DNA of 64,000 nt from an uncultured Eubacteriales bacterium (GTDB taxonomy: Bacteria > Bacillota > Clostridia > Lachnospirales > JAISER01), in the NCBI GenBank assembly GCA_964545475.1, contig CAZJGG010000001.1, positions 6,173 to 70,172 of the forward strand, read 5' to 3'. The translations under genes were made by a program, and so were the position numbers. Shown here piece after piece: positions 37,797 to 46,703 of this stretch (positions are counted from its first letter, which is position 1; the number at the start of each line of letters is the position of its first letter). A model generated the notes under the pieces. The model saw nothing but the letters and a program-made list of their open reading frames with translations, made no database searches and had not been told where the DNA came from.

Positions 37797-38983
37797 TGTC
37801 TTATTTTGCTCCGTATATAGACGAATCCGGCTTTCATATGCCCACCTATAACGACATAAAATTCCATTTGCTTGAAGAGGCTAGGAGAATATTCGGGCAA
37901 GACATTTATTTAGAAAACGACAGCCAAGATTATGAATTTATATCTCTTATGGCTGATAAACTTCATGACACATTTTTAACCGCACAGCTTGTGTATAATA
38001 ACCGCTCTCCTGCTACAGCAATTGGAGGGGCTTTAGACGGGTTAGTCATGTTAAACGGTTTAAAACGCAAAAGGGCTACTAAAAGCACTTGCGAAGTTGT
38101 TTTAACAGGAACAGCTGATACCAAGATTGTTAATGGGATAATTGCAGACAGCTATAACATTAACTGGGATTTACCCCCGGAAGTAATTATTCCTGAAAGC
38201 AAGACATTAAATGTTTTAGCTACTTGTCAAAAATATGGACCTAATCCAGCAGCAATCGGTCAATTAAGCAGAATTATAACACCAACCGAGGGTTGGTTAA
38301 GCGTAACTAACCTTGTGCCTGCTATTATGGGTCAATCAGTTGAAGGTCAAGAGGAACTACGAGCAAGGCAAACAATAAGCACAGCTAAACCATCACGCAC
38401 TGTTATTGAAGGTACAATTGGCGGCATTGCGGAAATCCCCGATGTTACACGCTATCGGGTTTACGAAAACGATACAAACGTTCCCGACAAAAACACTATT
38501 CCTGGGCACTCTATTTGTGCCGTTGTCGAAGGCGGCAAGGATTATGACATAGCTAATGAAATATACTTACGCAAAACTCCCGGGTGCGGTACGTATGGCG
38601 ACATAATTATTAACGTAGAAACAGGAGTTGGCGACACAATACTAAAAACAATGCCTATTAAATTTTTCAGACCAAAATATTGTGATATTTACGTGACTGC
38701 CACTGTAAAGCAATTGCCGGGCTATGTTACATCAATTACAGACAAAATAAAAGAAAACATTAGCACTTACTTAAACAGTCTGCAAATTGGTGAAATTTTA
38801 ACTGTGTCGGCATTGTGGGGAGTTTCTCTTCAAGCTATGCCCTCGCTGTCCACGCCTCTATTTTCAATTATTTCAGTAACAGCAGGAACAGAGCAGGATA
38901 AACAAGATACCACTGATATTGATATACTTTTTAACAATGTTACAAAGGGTGATATAAATAACATTACCGTTAATGTAGTATAA
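37796..38983 (+). CDS. Baseplate J-like protein
   Basis: 395 aa. TAATG coupling. Position and general baseplate-J-like layout. Confidence 0.65.
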   Translation: MSYFAPYIDESGFHMPTYNDIKFHLLEEARRIFGQDIYLENDSQDYEFISLMADKLHDTFLTAQLVYNNRSPATAIGGALDGLVMLNGLKRKRATKSTCEVVLTGTADTKIVNGIIADSYNINWDLPPEVIIPESKTLNVLATCQKYGPNPAAIGQLSRIITPTEGWLSVTNLVPAIMGQSVEGQEELRARQTISTAKPSRTVIEGTIGGIAEIPDVTRYRVYENDTNVPDKNTIPGHSICAVVEGGKDYDIANEIYLRKTPGCGTYGDIIINVETGVGDTILKTMPIKFFRPKYCDIYVTATVKQLPGYVTSITDKIKENISTYLNSLQIGEILTVSALWGVSLQAMPSLSTPLFSIISVTAGTEQDKQDTTDIDILFNNVTKGDINNITVNVV

Positions 38984-38995
38984 GGCAGGGATTTT

Positions 38996-39670
38996 ATGCT
39001 TGATAAATCATATTACTTAAACCGTGTACCTCCACAGCACCGCAGACCAAAATTTATGAGTTGGCTTACAAAACACATTGATATAGCAGATGATGCAGTA
39101 AACGCCATTGAAACGATAAGCCCTAAATTTGAAATAGAAACCGCTGTTGGGGCGCAACTTGATGTTACCGGCGTTATTGTTGGAAGAAAACGTTTGTTAA
39201 ACTTTGAACCCCCCAATGGGTTATCACCAGTTTTGGATGATGATTTATATAGAACATTACAAAAAGCCAAAATAAGCATAAACAACTGGAACGGCACAAT
39301 ACCCGGAATGTACGAACTATGGAATAACCTTTTTCCCTATTTTAGCGTTATTGTGGAAGACAATCAGGACATGAGCATGAATGTTAAGATTGTAGGCGAT
39401 ACGTTGGTTTTAGAAAGAGAATTAATGTCAAGAGGTTATATAACCCCAAAGCCTGAGGGTGTAAGAATTAACTATAGCTTTGTTGTTCCCAGCTATGAAA
39501 TAAATACACAAATTTTTGTTGGTGGAGCTGAAATAGGCGATATTTCATATGTAACTTTGCCTTCTATAATACGCACTAAACATAGTTTTGATAAAGTAAC
39601 AATATATGCCGGTGGCTACACAATGAAAGATTATACATATGCGTTTATAGATGCAAAGCCTATAAACTAG
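38996..39670 (+). CDS. Baseplate/tail-fibre attachment protein (DUF2612-like), putative
   Basis: Position after baseplate J. Confidence 0.4.
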   Translation: MLDKSYYLNRVPPQHRRPKFMSWLTKHIDIADDAVNAIETISPKFEIETAVGAQLDVTGVIVGRKRLLNFEPPNGLSPVLDDDLYRTLQKAKISINNWNGTIPGMYELWNNLFPYFSVIVEDNQDMSMNVKIVGDTLVLERELMSRGYITPKPEGVRINYSFVVPSYEINTQIFVGGAEIGDISYVTLPSIIRTKHSFDKVTIYAGGYTMKDYTYAFIDAKPIN

Positions 39671-39686
39671 CAGCGGAGGTGAAAAA

Positions 39687-40520
39687 GTGGATTATTCCCA
39701 TTATCATGCATTTGAACTGACAGAAAAAGGATTGGAATTAAGACAACTAGCCATTGCCGGAAGCAAAAACGACAATGATAAAATATGCGTTGTGTTTACT
39801 AAAGGTGCAATTGGGCAAGGACGGCCTACAGATGATAATGATATTTTTTATATGACATCTTTAGTTGACCCTGTTATGGATGTGCCAGTTAAAGAAAGTT
39901 ATGCGGACCATGTAAATCACGTTGTAACAGTTGTTGTAGATAACACAAATATACCACATGAAACAAATATGACTGAAATAGGCGTTTTTGCAAAGCTTAT
40001 AAACCCATTGGATAACACAGTAGTAATGGGCGAAATACTTTATGGTTATACATATACGGATAAATACGACTATATCCCAATGCCGTACAATTATGTTATG
40101 ACGAGGGAGATTTCTTTTAATACGGTGCTTTCTAAAGCGGATAATATCAATATTTCCCTTGACAACAGTAAAGTATATGTTACTGAAAAGGATTTAGAAG
40201 ACCATAACAATGATATTTATGCACATGCAAAACATGCTCTAAACGTGGTTTTTAAACATAACCTTAATAACTACCCAAATGTTGTTGTGATGGAGGTTGA
40301 TTATGGCTTTGGCTTTGGCGGGTACGGCGGAACGCCGTTTGGTGGCGTAGATTTACCGCAAATAAATTGCCATATAAACTGGATTGATACTAATGCTTTT
40401 AAGATTAGCCTAGCCAGAAAATATGATGACACGCCAGAGCTTGAAAAAGTTAACGACAAAGCGTTTATAGTAAGATTTAATGAGTTGCAAAAAGCATTGT
40501 TTATAAAATTATTTATTTAA
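39687..40520 (+). CDS. Tail fibre / receptor-binding protein, putative
   Basis: Position. Gly-rich GFGFGGYGGTPFGG segment. GGAGGTG RBS with GTG start. Confidence 0.45.
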   Translation: MDYSHYHAFELTEKGLELRQLAIAGSKNDNDKICVVFTKGAIGQGRPTDDNDIFYMTSLVDPVMDVPVKESYADHVNHVVTVVVDNTNIPHETNMTEIGVFAKLINPLDNTVVMGEILYGYTYTDKYDYIPMPYNYVMTREISFNTVLSKADNINISLDNSKVYVTEKDLEDHNNDIYAHAKHALNVVFKHNLNNYPNVVVMEVDYGFGFGGYGGTPFGGVDLPQINCHINWIDTNAFKISLARKYDDTPELEKVNDKAFIVRFNELQKALFIKLFI

Positions 40521-40531
40521 GGAGGAATTAT

Positions 40532-41038
40532 ATGGAGCTAGAAAAAACACCATATTGCAGATTTAACAAAATACCAAAAGGGTATCCGGATTGGGATAAA
40601 CCGCTTAATGATAACTTTGATATTGCCGAGACTATTTTATCGCAAATGCCTAGCCAATATCCAATCCCCTATTTATCCGCATTTGAGAGTGTTAAGGGAA
40701 CGTGTTATTACTCAATCTCTAGAGAAGGATACGTTATAGGTTCTTTTATTGTCAAGCGAAAAGATGGCTCGAATATATTTAGCCCTGAAAACGGCTATGC
40801 TGATTATGAGAATCTTATTTATCTACCTCGTGGATTAAGACCTAAATATGATGTTACTTTTGCGTATTTGTCAGATGGTACAATATCTGGTGCTAGAAGA
40901 CAACTTTTGCAAGGCGTTGTATATCCAGGCGGCAACCTAGCTGTGTATGGCATAAAAGATACAGATCTAAATACTATACAAATTGTTAGGGGAACGTTTT
41001 ACTACTACGCTAACAAAGAAGAGGGAGAGAGTTATTAA
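40532..41038 (+). CDS. Tail-fibre-associated hypothetical protein
   Basis: AAGGAGG RBS, assigned by position. Confidence 0.35.
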   Translation: MELEKTPYCRFNKIPKGYPDWDKPLNDNFDIAETILSQMPSQYPIPYLSAFESVKGTCYYSISREGYVIGSFIVKRKDGSNIFSPENGYADYENLIYLPRGLRPKYDVTFAYLSDGTISGARRQLLQGVVYPGGNLAVYGIKDTDLNTIQIVRGTFYYYANKEEGESY

Positions 41039-41691
41039 TGGAAACCAGGAAACATGCTATAGTAATTAATGCAATGGGTAATTATGTCGAATTTATATGT
41101 GTTGATATAAATGAAAACCCAATGTTCTATGCTCTGAAAAATGGAGAATCTCTTATATTTACCGCCATTTCAGTGGCCCTCACAATGAATAAACCTAGAT
41201 GGGACGGCGAAAAATGGGTTGAAACCCAAAAAATCGAAATAACGCCGGAAACGATAGACAATGCGAGGTCTGCAAAATTAAATGAAGTTAATAAGGCATG
41301 CCAGGCAGCTATACAAGCAGGAGTTGACATTAATACATCAAAAGGCATAAAACATTTTTCTCTTACGCTGGAAGACCAAGTAAATATCGACTGCTTAGCT
41401 AGGCGAATCGATAAAGCGATGATGGAACAGTCGCAATTAATAAATTTTTCTAAGGGCGTACCTTATCATGCAGATGGTGAATTCTGCGATTTTTGGTCAC
41501 TTGAAGACTTCGCAAAGATTGAGGCAGCTGCTACAGCCCATAAATTATATCATCAAACATACTGTAATTACTTGCGCCAATACATACAAAGTTTGTCAAG
41601 CTTAGACGAAATTAATACCGTTAAATATGGTATAATTTTGCCGGCAGAGTATGCAGACAAACTTGCTTTGTTATTGGGCATAATTCAATAG
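41038..41691 (+). CDS. Tail-fibre assembly/DUF4376-like protein, putative
   Basis: AKLNEVNKACQAAIQAGVD...FSLTLEDQVNI resembles the DUF4376 domain. Confidence 0.4.
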   Translation: METRKHAIVINAMGNYVEFICVDINENPMFYALKNGESLIFTAISVALTMNKPRWDGEKWVETQKIEITPETIDNARSAKLNEVNKACQAAIQAGVDINTSKGIKHFSLTLEDQVNIDCLARRIDKAMMEQSQLINFSKGVPYHADGEFCDFWSLEDFAKIEAAATAHKLYHQTYCNYLRQYIQSLSSLDEINTVKYGIILPAEYADKLALLLGIIQ

Positions 41692-41706
41692 GAGGGAGGT
41701 TTTTAA

Positions 41707-42177
41707 TTGCAAAGATTATTTTTATGGTTGCTGTTCGGAGGTTTAGTATATTACGGCATAGAGGGCATATGGCACATACCAATAAACGGCGGATGGGCTA
41801 ACATATTAATGCTTTTTATAGGCGGTATTTGCTTTGTTTTAATTGGCGGCATAAACCAAATACCAAAATTTTATAAATTATCAATACGGGCACAATCATT
41901 TATCGGCACTCTAATTGTACTTATTGTAGAATTTTTATCAGGTTACATCTTGAACATACGACTAAAGATGGACATTTGGGATTATTCGGAAATGCCATTT
42001 AATATTCTAGGACAAGTTTGCTTGCTTTATGGTGCGTTATGGCTTCTTCTTTTACCGTTTGCAATATGGCTTGAGGACAGGCTTAACTTAATATATGTAT
42101 CTTATAAAAAAATGCCTTTAAACAACGTTTATGATTATACACTGCTTGAGGCATACAAAGAATTTTTTAAATTATAG
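41707..42177 (+). CDS. Polytopic membrane protein (about 4 TM, DUF1113-like)
   Basis: Four hydrophobic segments. GGAGGGAGG RBS with TTG start. Confidence 0.5.
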   Translation: MQRLFLWLLFGGLVYYGIEGIWHIPINGGWANILMLFIGGICFVLIGGINQIPKFYKLSIRAQSFIGTLIVLIVEFLSGYILNIRLKMDIWDYSEMPFNILGQVCLLYGALWLLLLPFAIWLEDRLNLIYVSYKKMPLNNVYDYTLLEAYKEFFKL

Positions 42178-42245
42178 AAAAAAACAAAAAAATAAAAAAG
42201 TTATTCATATATCAAAATTTAATTACAGGAGATGAACTAAACAAT

Positions 42246-42992
42246 ATGGATAGCTTTATAGCATGGGTGGGCGGTAAAAAGCTTTTACGCAAAGAAATTT
42301 GCAGCAGATTCCCCCAAAATTTTAATAAATACGTTGAAGTTTTCGGAGGTGCGGCATGGGTTCTATTTCACAAAGAAAACCATGCAGACACTGAAATTTA
42401 TAACGACCTAAACAGCAATTTAACCAACCTTTTTAAATGCGTTAAATATCATTCCAACGCTATTGGTGAGGAGTTAGAACTTGTTTTAAATTCAAGAGAC
42501 TTTTTTAATGATTTTAAATGTCTCTATAACGTTGATACACTCACCGATATTCAAAGGGCAGCGAGATATTTATATATGATAAAGGCAAGTTATGGCGCAA
42601 AAGTCACTACATATGGCGGTAAAACCAGAGATATTACCAATACCGATTTTTTAAAAACGGTTAAAGAGCGCTTAAAACACGTTATAATTGAAAACAAAAG
42701 CTTTGAAAAAATAATTGAACAGCACGATGCCGAAGATACTTTATTTTATTGCGATCCGCCTTACCACGGGGCAGAAAAATATTATGGATTACAATTCGCC
42801 GATGAACAGCACAGTCTTTTAAATAAATGTTTAAGTGACATTAAGGGGAAAGTTATTGTTTCATATAATGATTGCGAGTTTATCGAACATCTTTACAAGG
42901 GATGGAACATTGATAAAATCCAGCGTTCAAATAACCTTTCTCTAAAAGCAGAAAATAAGACTTATAAAGAACTTATAATAACTAATTACTAA
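42246..42992 (+). CDS. dam: DNA adenine methyltransferase (Dam / D12 class), orphan
   Basis: N-terminal FIAWVGGKKLL, FGGAAWV (SAM-binding) and the DPPY catalytic motif. Confidence 0.85.
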   Translation: MDSFIAWVGGKKLLRKEICSRFPQNFNKYVEVFGGAAWVLFHKENHADTEIYNDLNSNLTNLFKCVKYHSNAIGEELELVLNSRDFFNDFKCLYNVDTLTDIQRAARYLYMIKASYGAKVTTYGGKTRDITNTDFLKTVKERLKHVIIENKSFEKIIEQHDAEDTLFYCDPPYHGAEKYYGLQFADEQHSLLNKCLSDIKGKVIVSYNDCEFIEHLYKGWNIDKIQRSNNLSLKAENKTYKELIITNY

Positions 42993-43103
42993 TTTTTTTA
43001 AATGGAAAATAACCTATTTAGTAATTAAATAACTTAAATCGCTTAAATATTTTTAAAAATGATAATATCGTACTAAATACGTAATTTAGGAGTGGATATT
43101 GTC

Positions 43104-43349
43104 ATGATTAAAATACATCTATCAAGAATTTTAGGAGAATTACGCATGACACAAGCCGAGCTTGCACAAAAAACAGGAATTCGCCCGGCGACTATAAACG
43201 AAATGTATCACGAGCTAATCGAACGAATAAATTTAGAATATTTAAGCCGCATTTGTAAAGTCCTTGACTGCGAAGTTCAGGATATTCTTCAATATATACC
43301 TGATGATAAATATAAGCATGTAAAAAATAAAAAGAATATCTTTAATTAG
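43104..43349 (+). CDS. XRE-family HTH transcriptional regulator
   Basis: LRMTQAELAQKTGIRPATINEMY helix-turn-helix. Confidence 0.7.
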   Translation: MIKIHLSRILGELRMTQAELAQKTGIRPATINEMYHELIERINLEYLSRICKVLDCEVQDILQYIPDDKYKHVKNKKNIFN

Positions 43350-43400
43350 CCATTAAATATTTTAAAGACAGCATTAAATTAAAATTAAGAAAGGTGAGAC

Positions 43401-43856
43401 ATGATGTCAAACAATATAGCGACAAGAGGCGCAATAGCGTCTTTTCTTTTTGTGCTTAGTTATTTATACAATTGCATTGGCACTATGGTTATCGTACTTG
43501 CGTTTGCAATGGCGTTAGACTATATTACAGGGCTTGCAGCGGCATATACTCTAAAGGAAATAAACAGTAAGACAGGCATTATCGGAATAATAAAAAAGGT
43601 ATGTTATATAATTCTGCTATTTATGGCTTTCTTGTTTGATCTAGCAATCGGCTATTTATTAGATGATTTAGGCATACAAATGCCAATACGAGAGATTTTC
43701 GGCGTTATGACGACATGCTGGTTGTTTGCAAATGAAGGTATAAGTATATTTGAAAACCTCATAAAGTTAGGAGTACCTGTGCCGGAGTTTCTGCAAAAAG
43801 GATTCAAACATTTAAAACAGTCCATAGATGATAAAGCTAACAAGGGGGGGTGCTGA
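43401..43856 (+). CDS. Holin (phage_holin_4_1 / toxin-secretion holin family)
   Basis: LDYITGLAAA and NEGISIFENLIKLGVPVPEFL family motifs. 3-4 TM segments. Immediately precedes the endolysin. Confidence 0.8.
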   Translation: MMSNNIATRGAIASFLFVLSYLYNCIGTMVIVLAFAMALDYITGLAAAYTLKEINSKTGIIGIIKKVCYIILLFMAFLFDLAIGYLLDDLGIQMPIREIFGVMTTCWLFANEGISIFENLIKLGVPVPEFLQKGFKHLKQSIDDKANKGGC

Positions 43857-43858
43857 TA

Positions 43859-44503
43859 TTGATAAATAGTAGGAATATCACAGACCTCCACCCTACGTTG
43901 CAGAGGGCGGCAACCGAGCTGATGAGGCGTTGCCAGTCTGAAAATTTGCCTATATTAATAACACAAACATACCGGGACAAAGAGTATCAAGATGACCTTT
44001 ATTCACAGGGGCGCACAAAACCCGGTTCAATAGTTACAAATAGCAAGGGTGGTCAATCCATGCATAATTATCGGATCGCCTTTGACTTCTGCAAAAACCT
44101 TAAAGGGCATGAATTTGATGATGCAATTTTTTTCACAAAGGTTGGAAAGATTTGGCGAGATATGGGCGGCGTTTGGGGCGGCGACTGGACAAAATTTATT
44201 GACAAACCGCATTGTGAGTTTACAAATGGATTGACACTCACGCAATTACAAAAAGGCATAACAATGCCAAATGAGACTAGGATGAAATGGGAGGAAAATA
44301 ATATGGCTGAAATCAAGTTAGATATAAACGGTAAAAAGGTAACTATACCTGGAGATAATATAAACGGTACAAATATGGTTAAGTTAAAGGACTTGTCGGT
44401 TATCATTCCTAATGAAGTAGTACCAATTCGATCCATATTCGAAGCGGCAGGGTATTCTGTGGGCTGGAACGGCAACACCGGAACAATAGAATTAAAAAAA
44501 TAG
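43859..44503 (+). CDS. Endolysin: peptidase M15 (VanY/L-Ala-D-Glu peptidase-like) with a C-terminal Cu-amine-oxidase-N-like wall-binding domain
   Basis: [20 protein letters not shown]...[11 protein letters not shown]...[13 protein letters not shown] (H, D, H zinc ligands). C-terminal INGKKV...[25 protein letters not shown]. The start is TTG 43859 or GTG 43850. Confidence 0.8.
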   Translation: MINSRNITDLHPTLQRAATELMRRCQSENLPILITQTYRDKEYQDDLYSQGRTKPGSIVTNSKGGQSMHNYRIAFDFCKNLKGHEFDDAIFFTKVGKIWRDMGGVWGGDWTKFIDKPHCEFTNGLTLTQLQKGITMPNETRMKWEENNMAEIKLDINGKKVTIPGDNINGTNMVKLKDLSVIIPNEVVPIRSIFEAAGYSVGWNGNTGTIELKK

Positions 44504-44506
44504 GAA

Positions 44507-44546
44507 CCCCCGTTATTGACAACAAACCAAATGACGGGGGATTTTT
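44507..44546 (+). terminator. Putative terminator after the endolysin
   Basis: cccccgt (44507-13) pairs with acggggg (44534-40) across a 20-nt loop, then attttta. The large loop lowers confidence. Confidence 0.45.
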
Positions 44547-44619
44547 ATGCCCTGACAAATTAAAAACGATACTTAAAGGCCTTAATTGGCGCAATATTAA
44601 CGATGCCCTGATAGATGAG

Positions 44620-45081
44620 ATGTATTCCTGCATAATGCGTTTTGAGATTAATAATCCAGAGCGCATTTATCATTTTGTAAGCCAATGTGCACATGAAAGT
44701 GGATTGGGTTTATACAAAAAGGAAATTGCTTCAGGAGATGCCTATGAAGGACGCAAAGACCTAGGTAATATACTGCCAGGAGATGGCAAGAAATACAAAG
44801 GAGCTGGATATCTGCAAATGACTGGGCGCTCTAATTATCAGCGCTTTGCTAATTTCGTTAACGACCAACAAGTAATGGAGGGCGTTGATTATGTAGCTGC
44901 CATGTATCCATGGACAAGTGCTGGGTTTTGGTGGCATCGCAACAACATGAATGCTCTGTGTGATAATGTTGTAAAACTTGACATAGTACAAAAGGTTACT
45001 GCCGTGACTAAAAAAGTAAACGGAGGTACCAACGGACTTAATGAGCGTTTGAAATTTTACATGCTATGCAATGAGAAGTAA
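44620..45081 (+). CDS. GH19-family (chitinase-like) muramidase, second lysin; N-terminus unresolved
   Basis: [17 protein letters not shown]...YEGRKDLGN...[15 protein letters not shown] matches phage GH19 lysins. Homologous-looking sequence continues upstream of the first ATG. Confidence 0.65.
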   Translation: MYSCIMRFEINNPERIYHFVSQCAHESGLGLYKKEIASGDAYEGRKDLGNILPGDGKKYKGAGYLQMTGRSNYQRFANFVNDQQVMEGVDYVAAMYPWTSAGFWWHRNNMNALCDNVVKLDIVQKVTAVTKKVNGGTNGLNERLKFYMLCNEK

Positions 45082-45156
45082 GTTCTATTGATATTTACCG
45101 CCAGTACACGGGCGGTTTATATATATTATAATTTATAATCTTAGGAGGAAATTATT

Positions 45157-45438
45157 ATGTCAAAAATGTTATTAACTGAAGGCGAAGTTGTTCAAGAGGT
45201 AAAAAAACCTTTAAACGGTCTTACAATTGCAAGCTTTATTATTGCTACAGCTACGGCTGCAACGCTTGGTATCGGTGCTGTGGCGGCAGCCGTAAACAAT
45301 GAGTACAAGGAATTAAAGAACGAAATAAAAGAAAGTAATAGACACCGCAGACACTGGGACTGGGATGACGATGAAGATGCTTACAGATATCGGAGGCGCA
45401 GGAACAGAGATGTGGACAATACATGTAGTAAAGAATAA
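45157..45438 (+). CDS. Small single-pass membrane protein with Arg/Asp-rich tail
   Basis: AGGAGG RBS. TM segment LTIASFIIATATAATLGIGAVAAAV. Flanked by hairpins. Confidence 0.5.
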   Translation: MSKMLLTEGEVVQEVKKPLNGLTIASFIIATATAATLGIGAVAAAVNNEYKELKNEIKESNRHRRHWDWDDDEDAYRYRRRRNRDVDNTCSKE

Positions 45439-45449
45439 TTTATAAAATA

Positions 45450-45485
45450 AAAACGCTCAAAGCGGTGTACAGCTTTGAGCGTTTT
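45450..45485 (+). terminator. Rho-independent terminator
   Basis: aaaacgctcaaagc-ggtgtaca-gctttgagcgtttt, a 14-bp perfect stem ending in tttt. Confidence 0.7.
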
Positions 45486-45499
45486 ATGGGGGTTATAAT

Positions 45500-45925
45500 T
45501 TGAGTATAGTTTATTTAAAGCCTGTCATTAATGGTCTTTTACAAAAAGCAATGGAATATGGTGGGGAAAAGTTAATCACTAAAGCCAATGATATACTTAA
45601 AAACAGTTCGTTGTCTAACCATTTTTCGCTTGATGACCCTCCTTTGCCAGAAGAACCGGTTTACACTCAAATCTCACAACGGGAAGAGGATGAGATGATT
45701 AAGGACTTCTTGTATAGTGATGAGTTTGAAGAATTTCTTATGTCGAAAAACGGTCAAAGGAGGATTGCTGAACTTGGATACGACAAACGCATTATTGACT
45801 GCACTGATAACACTTGTTTGCCTCCAGGTGACAATAACGACAGTGTTATTAATGCCAATAGCTTGGCTGATAATGAAACTGATGCTAATAAAAATCAGAC
45901 CGAAGCCAAAAAAGGAAAGCGGTAA
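45500..45925 (+). CDS. Hypothetical cargo protein
   Basis: GGGGG RBS with TTG start. No motif recognised. Confidence 0.4.
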   Translation: MSIVYLKPVINGLLQKAMEYGGEKLITKANDILKNSSLSNHFSLDDPPLPEEPVYTQISQREEDEMIKDFLYSDEFEEFLMSKNGQRRIAELGYDKRIIDCTDNTCLPPGDNNDSVINANSLADNETDANKNQTEAKKGKR

Positions 45926-45930
45926 AGAAT

Positions 45931-46242
45931 ATGGAAAAAGTCAAAAACCTAATCAAAAAAATTGAGTGCGAAATGAACGATGCTGAGCGATACGCTGATG
46001 AAGCCATTTTAAATTCGCACAACCGTCTCTATTGTGAGCTTTTGATGAATCTTTCCAAAGAAGAACTAGGTCATGCAGAAAAGCTCTACTCATACTGCGT
46101 AACTGTTATTGCAGAGCACCAAAAAACATACGGAGAACTTTCTCCAAGCATACTTAGTATATGGAACAAAGCCCGTGATGTTTATATCCCATGGAAAGCC
46201 AGCATTTTAGAAAAAATACAAATAATGAAAGGATGTGTATGA
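45931..46242 (+). CDS. Hypothetical helical protein
   Basis: ORF 5 nt after the previous stop. Confidence 0.4.
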   Translation: MEKVKNLIKKIECEMNDAERYADEAILNSHNRLYCELLMNLSKEELGHAEKLYSYCVTVIAEHQKTYGELSPSILSIWNKARDVYIPWKASILEKIQIMKGCV

Positions 46243-46243
46243 T

Positions 46244-46426
46244 ATGAAAAATACTTGTCTTTGTAAGATATGCGAAAGGGTAGAAGAAATTGGGCAAAAG
46301 CTTGAGGAAATAACCGAGAAAATAAATTCAATAAGCGTTAATGTTAATGAGATTAGTGTGTCAGAGGAAAAACTTGATGTTATTATTGCAGCAGTTACAT
46401 GCGACGGTGAATGTGATATTACTTAA
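46244..46426 (+). CDS. Small Cys-containing hypothetical protein
   Basis: CLCKIC...CDGEC. The start is ATG 46244 (or 46235). Confidence 0.35.
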   Translation: MKNTCLCKICERVEEIGQKLEEITEKINSISVNVNEISVSEEKLDVIIAAVTCDGECDIT

Positions 46427-46548
46427 AATACAGTGCATAAATATCATTGGCACACTAGCGGCACATATTTTTATTTTCAAACGGATACAAGTGTCTACAT
46501 ATGTCATTAACCATTAGACCTTGCAAATTAACGAATCCCTTTTATTGC

Positions 46549-46575
46549 AATAAAAATCGCCCTTTTTAGGGCGAT
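46549..46575 (-). terminator. Terminator downstream of tRNA-Gly (hairpin also readable on the + strand)
   Basis: Minus strand reads atcgccc-taaaaa-gggcgat followed by ttttatt. Confidence 0.6.
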
Positions 46576-46585
46576 TGATTTTTAA

Positions 46586-46656
46586 AGCGGGTGATGGGAA
46601 TCGAACCCACGCATCCAGCTTGGAAGGCTGGTGTTCTACCATTGAACCACACCCGC
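46586..46656 (-). tRNA. tRNA-Gly (anticodon UCC)
   Basis: Reverse complement GCGGGTG-TG-GTTC-AATGGTA-GAAC-A-CCAGC-CTTCCAA-GCTGG-ATGC-GTGGG-TTCGATT-CCCAT-CACCCGC-T folds as a cloverleaf. No CCA is encoded. Confidence 0.9.
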
Positions 46657-46703
46657 AATTTTGCTTCCAGTATATTAACACATATAATAAGATTTTGCAA
46701 TAG

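Larger units (their letters stand above)
1..46585. mobile_element. Prophage (partial, left end outside window), contractile-tailed temperate phage; right boundary lies somewhere in 46427-46585
   Basis: Uninterrupted + strand array of replication, packaging, head, tail, baseplate and lysis genes. It switches at about 46.5 kb to mixed-strand housekeeping genes beside a tRNA. Confidence 0.85.

Noticed and set aside
44409-44666. Minus-strand 85-aa ORF spanning the endolysin/GH19 junction
   Set aside because: It overlaps both lysin genes and the terminator hairpin, is antisense to the whole lysis cassette, and has no RBS.
1-46426. Integrase, excisionase, CI/Cro-type immunity genes or an obvious defence system (R-M pair, Abi, retron, CBASS and the like) inside the prophage part
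   Set aside because: None could be recognised in any listed ORF. The lysogeny module is presumably upstream of the window. The only methylases are an orphan Dam and a motif-IV-less HsdM-like protein, with no nuclease partner.
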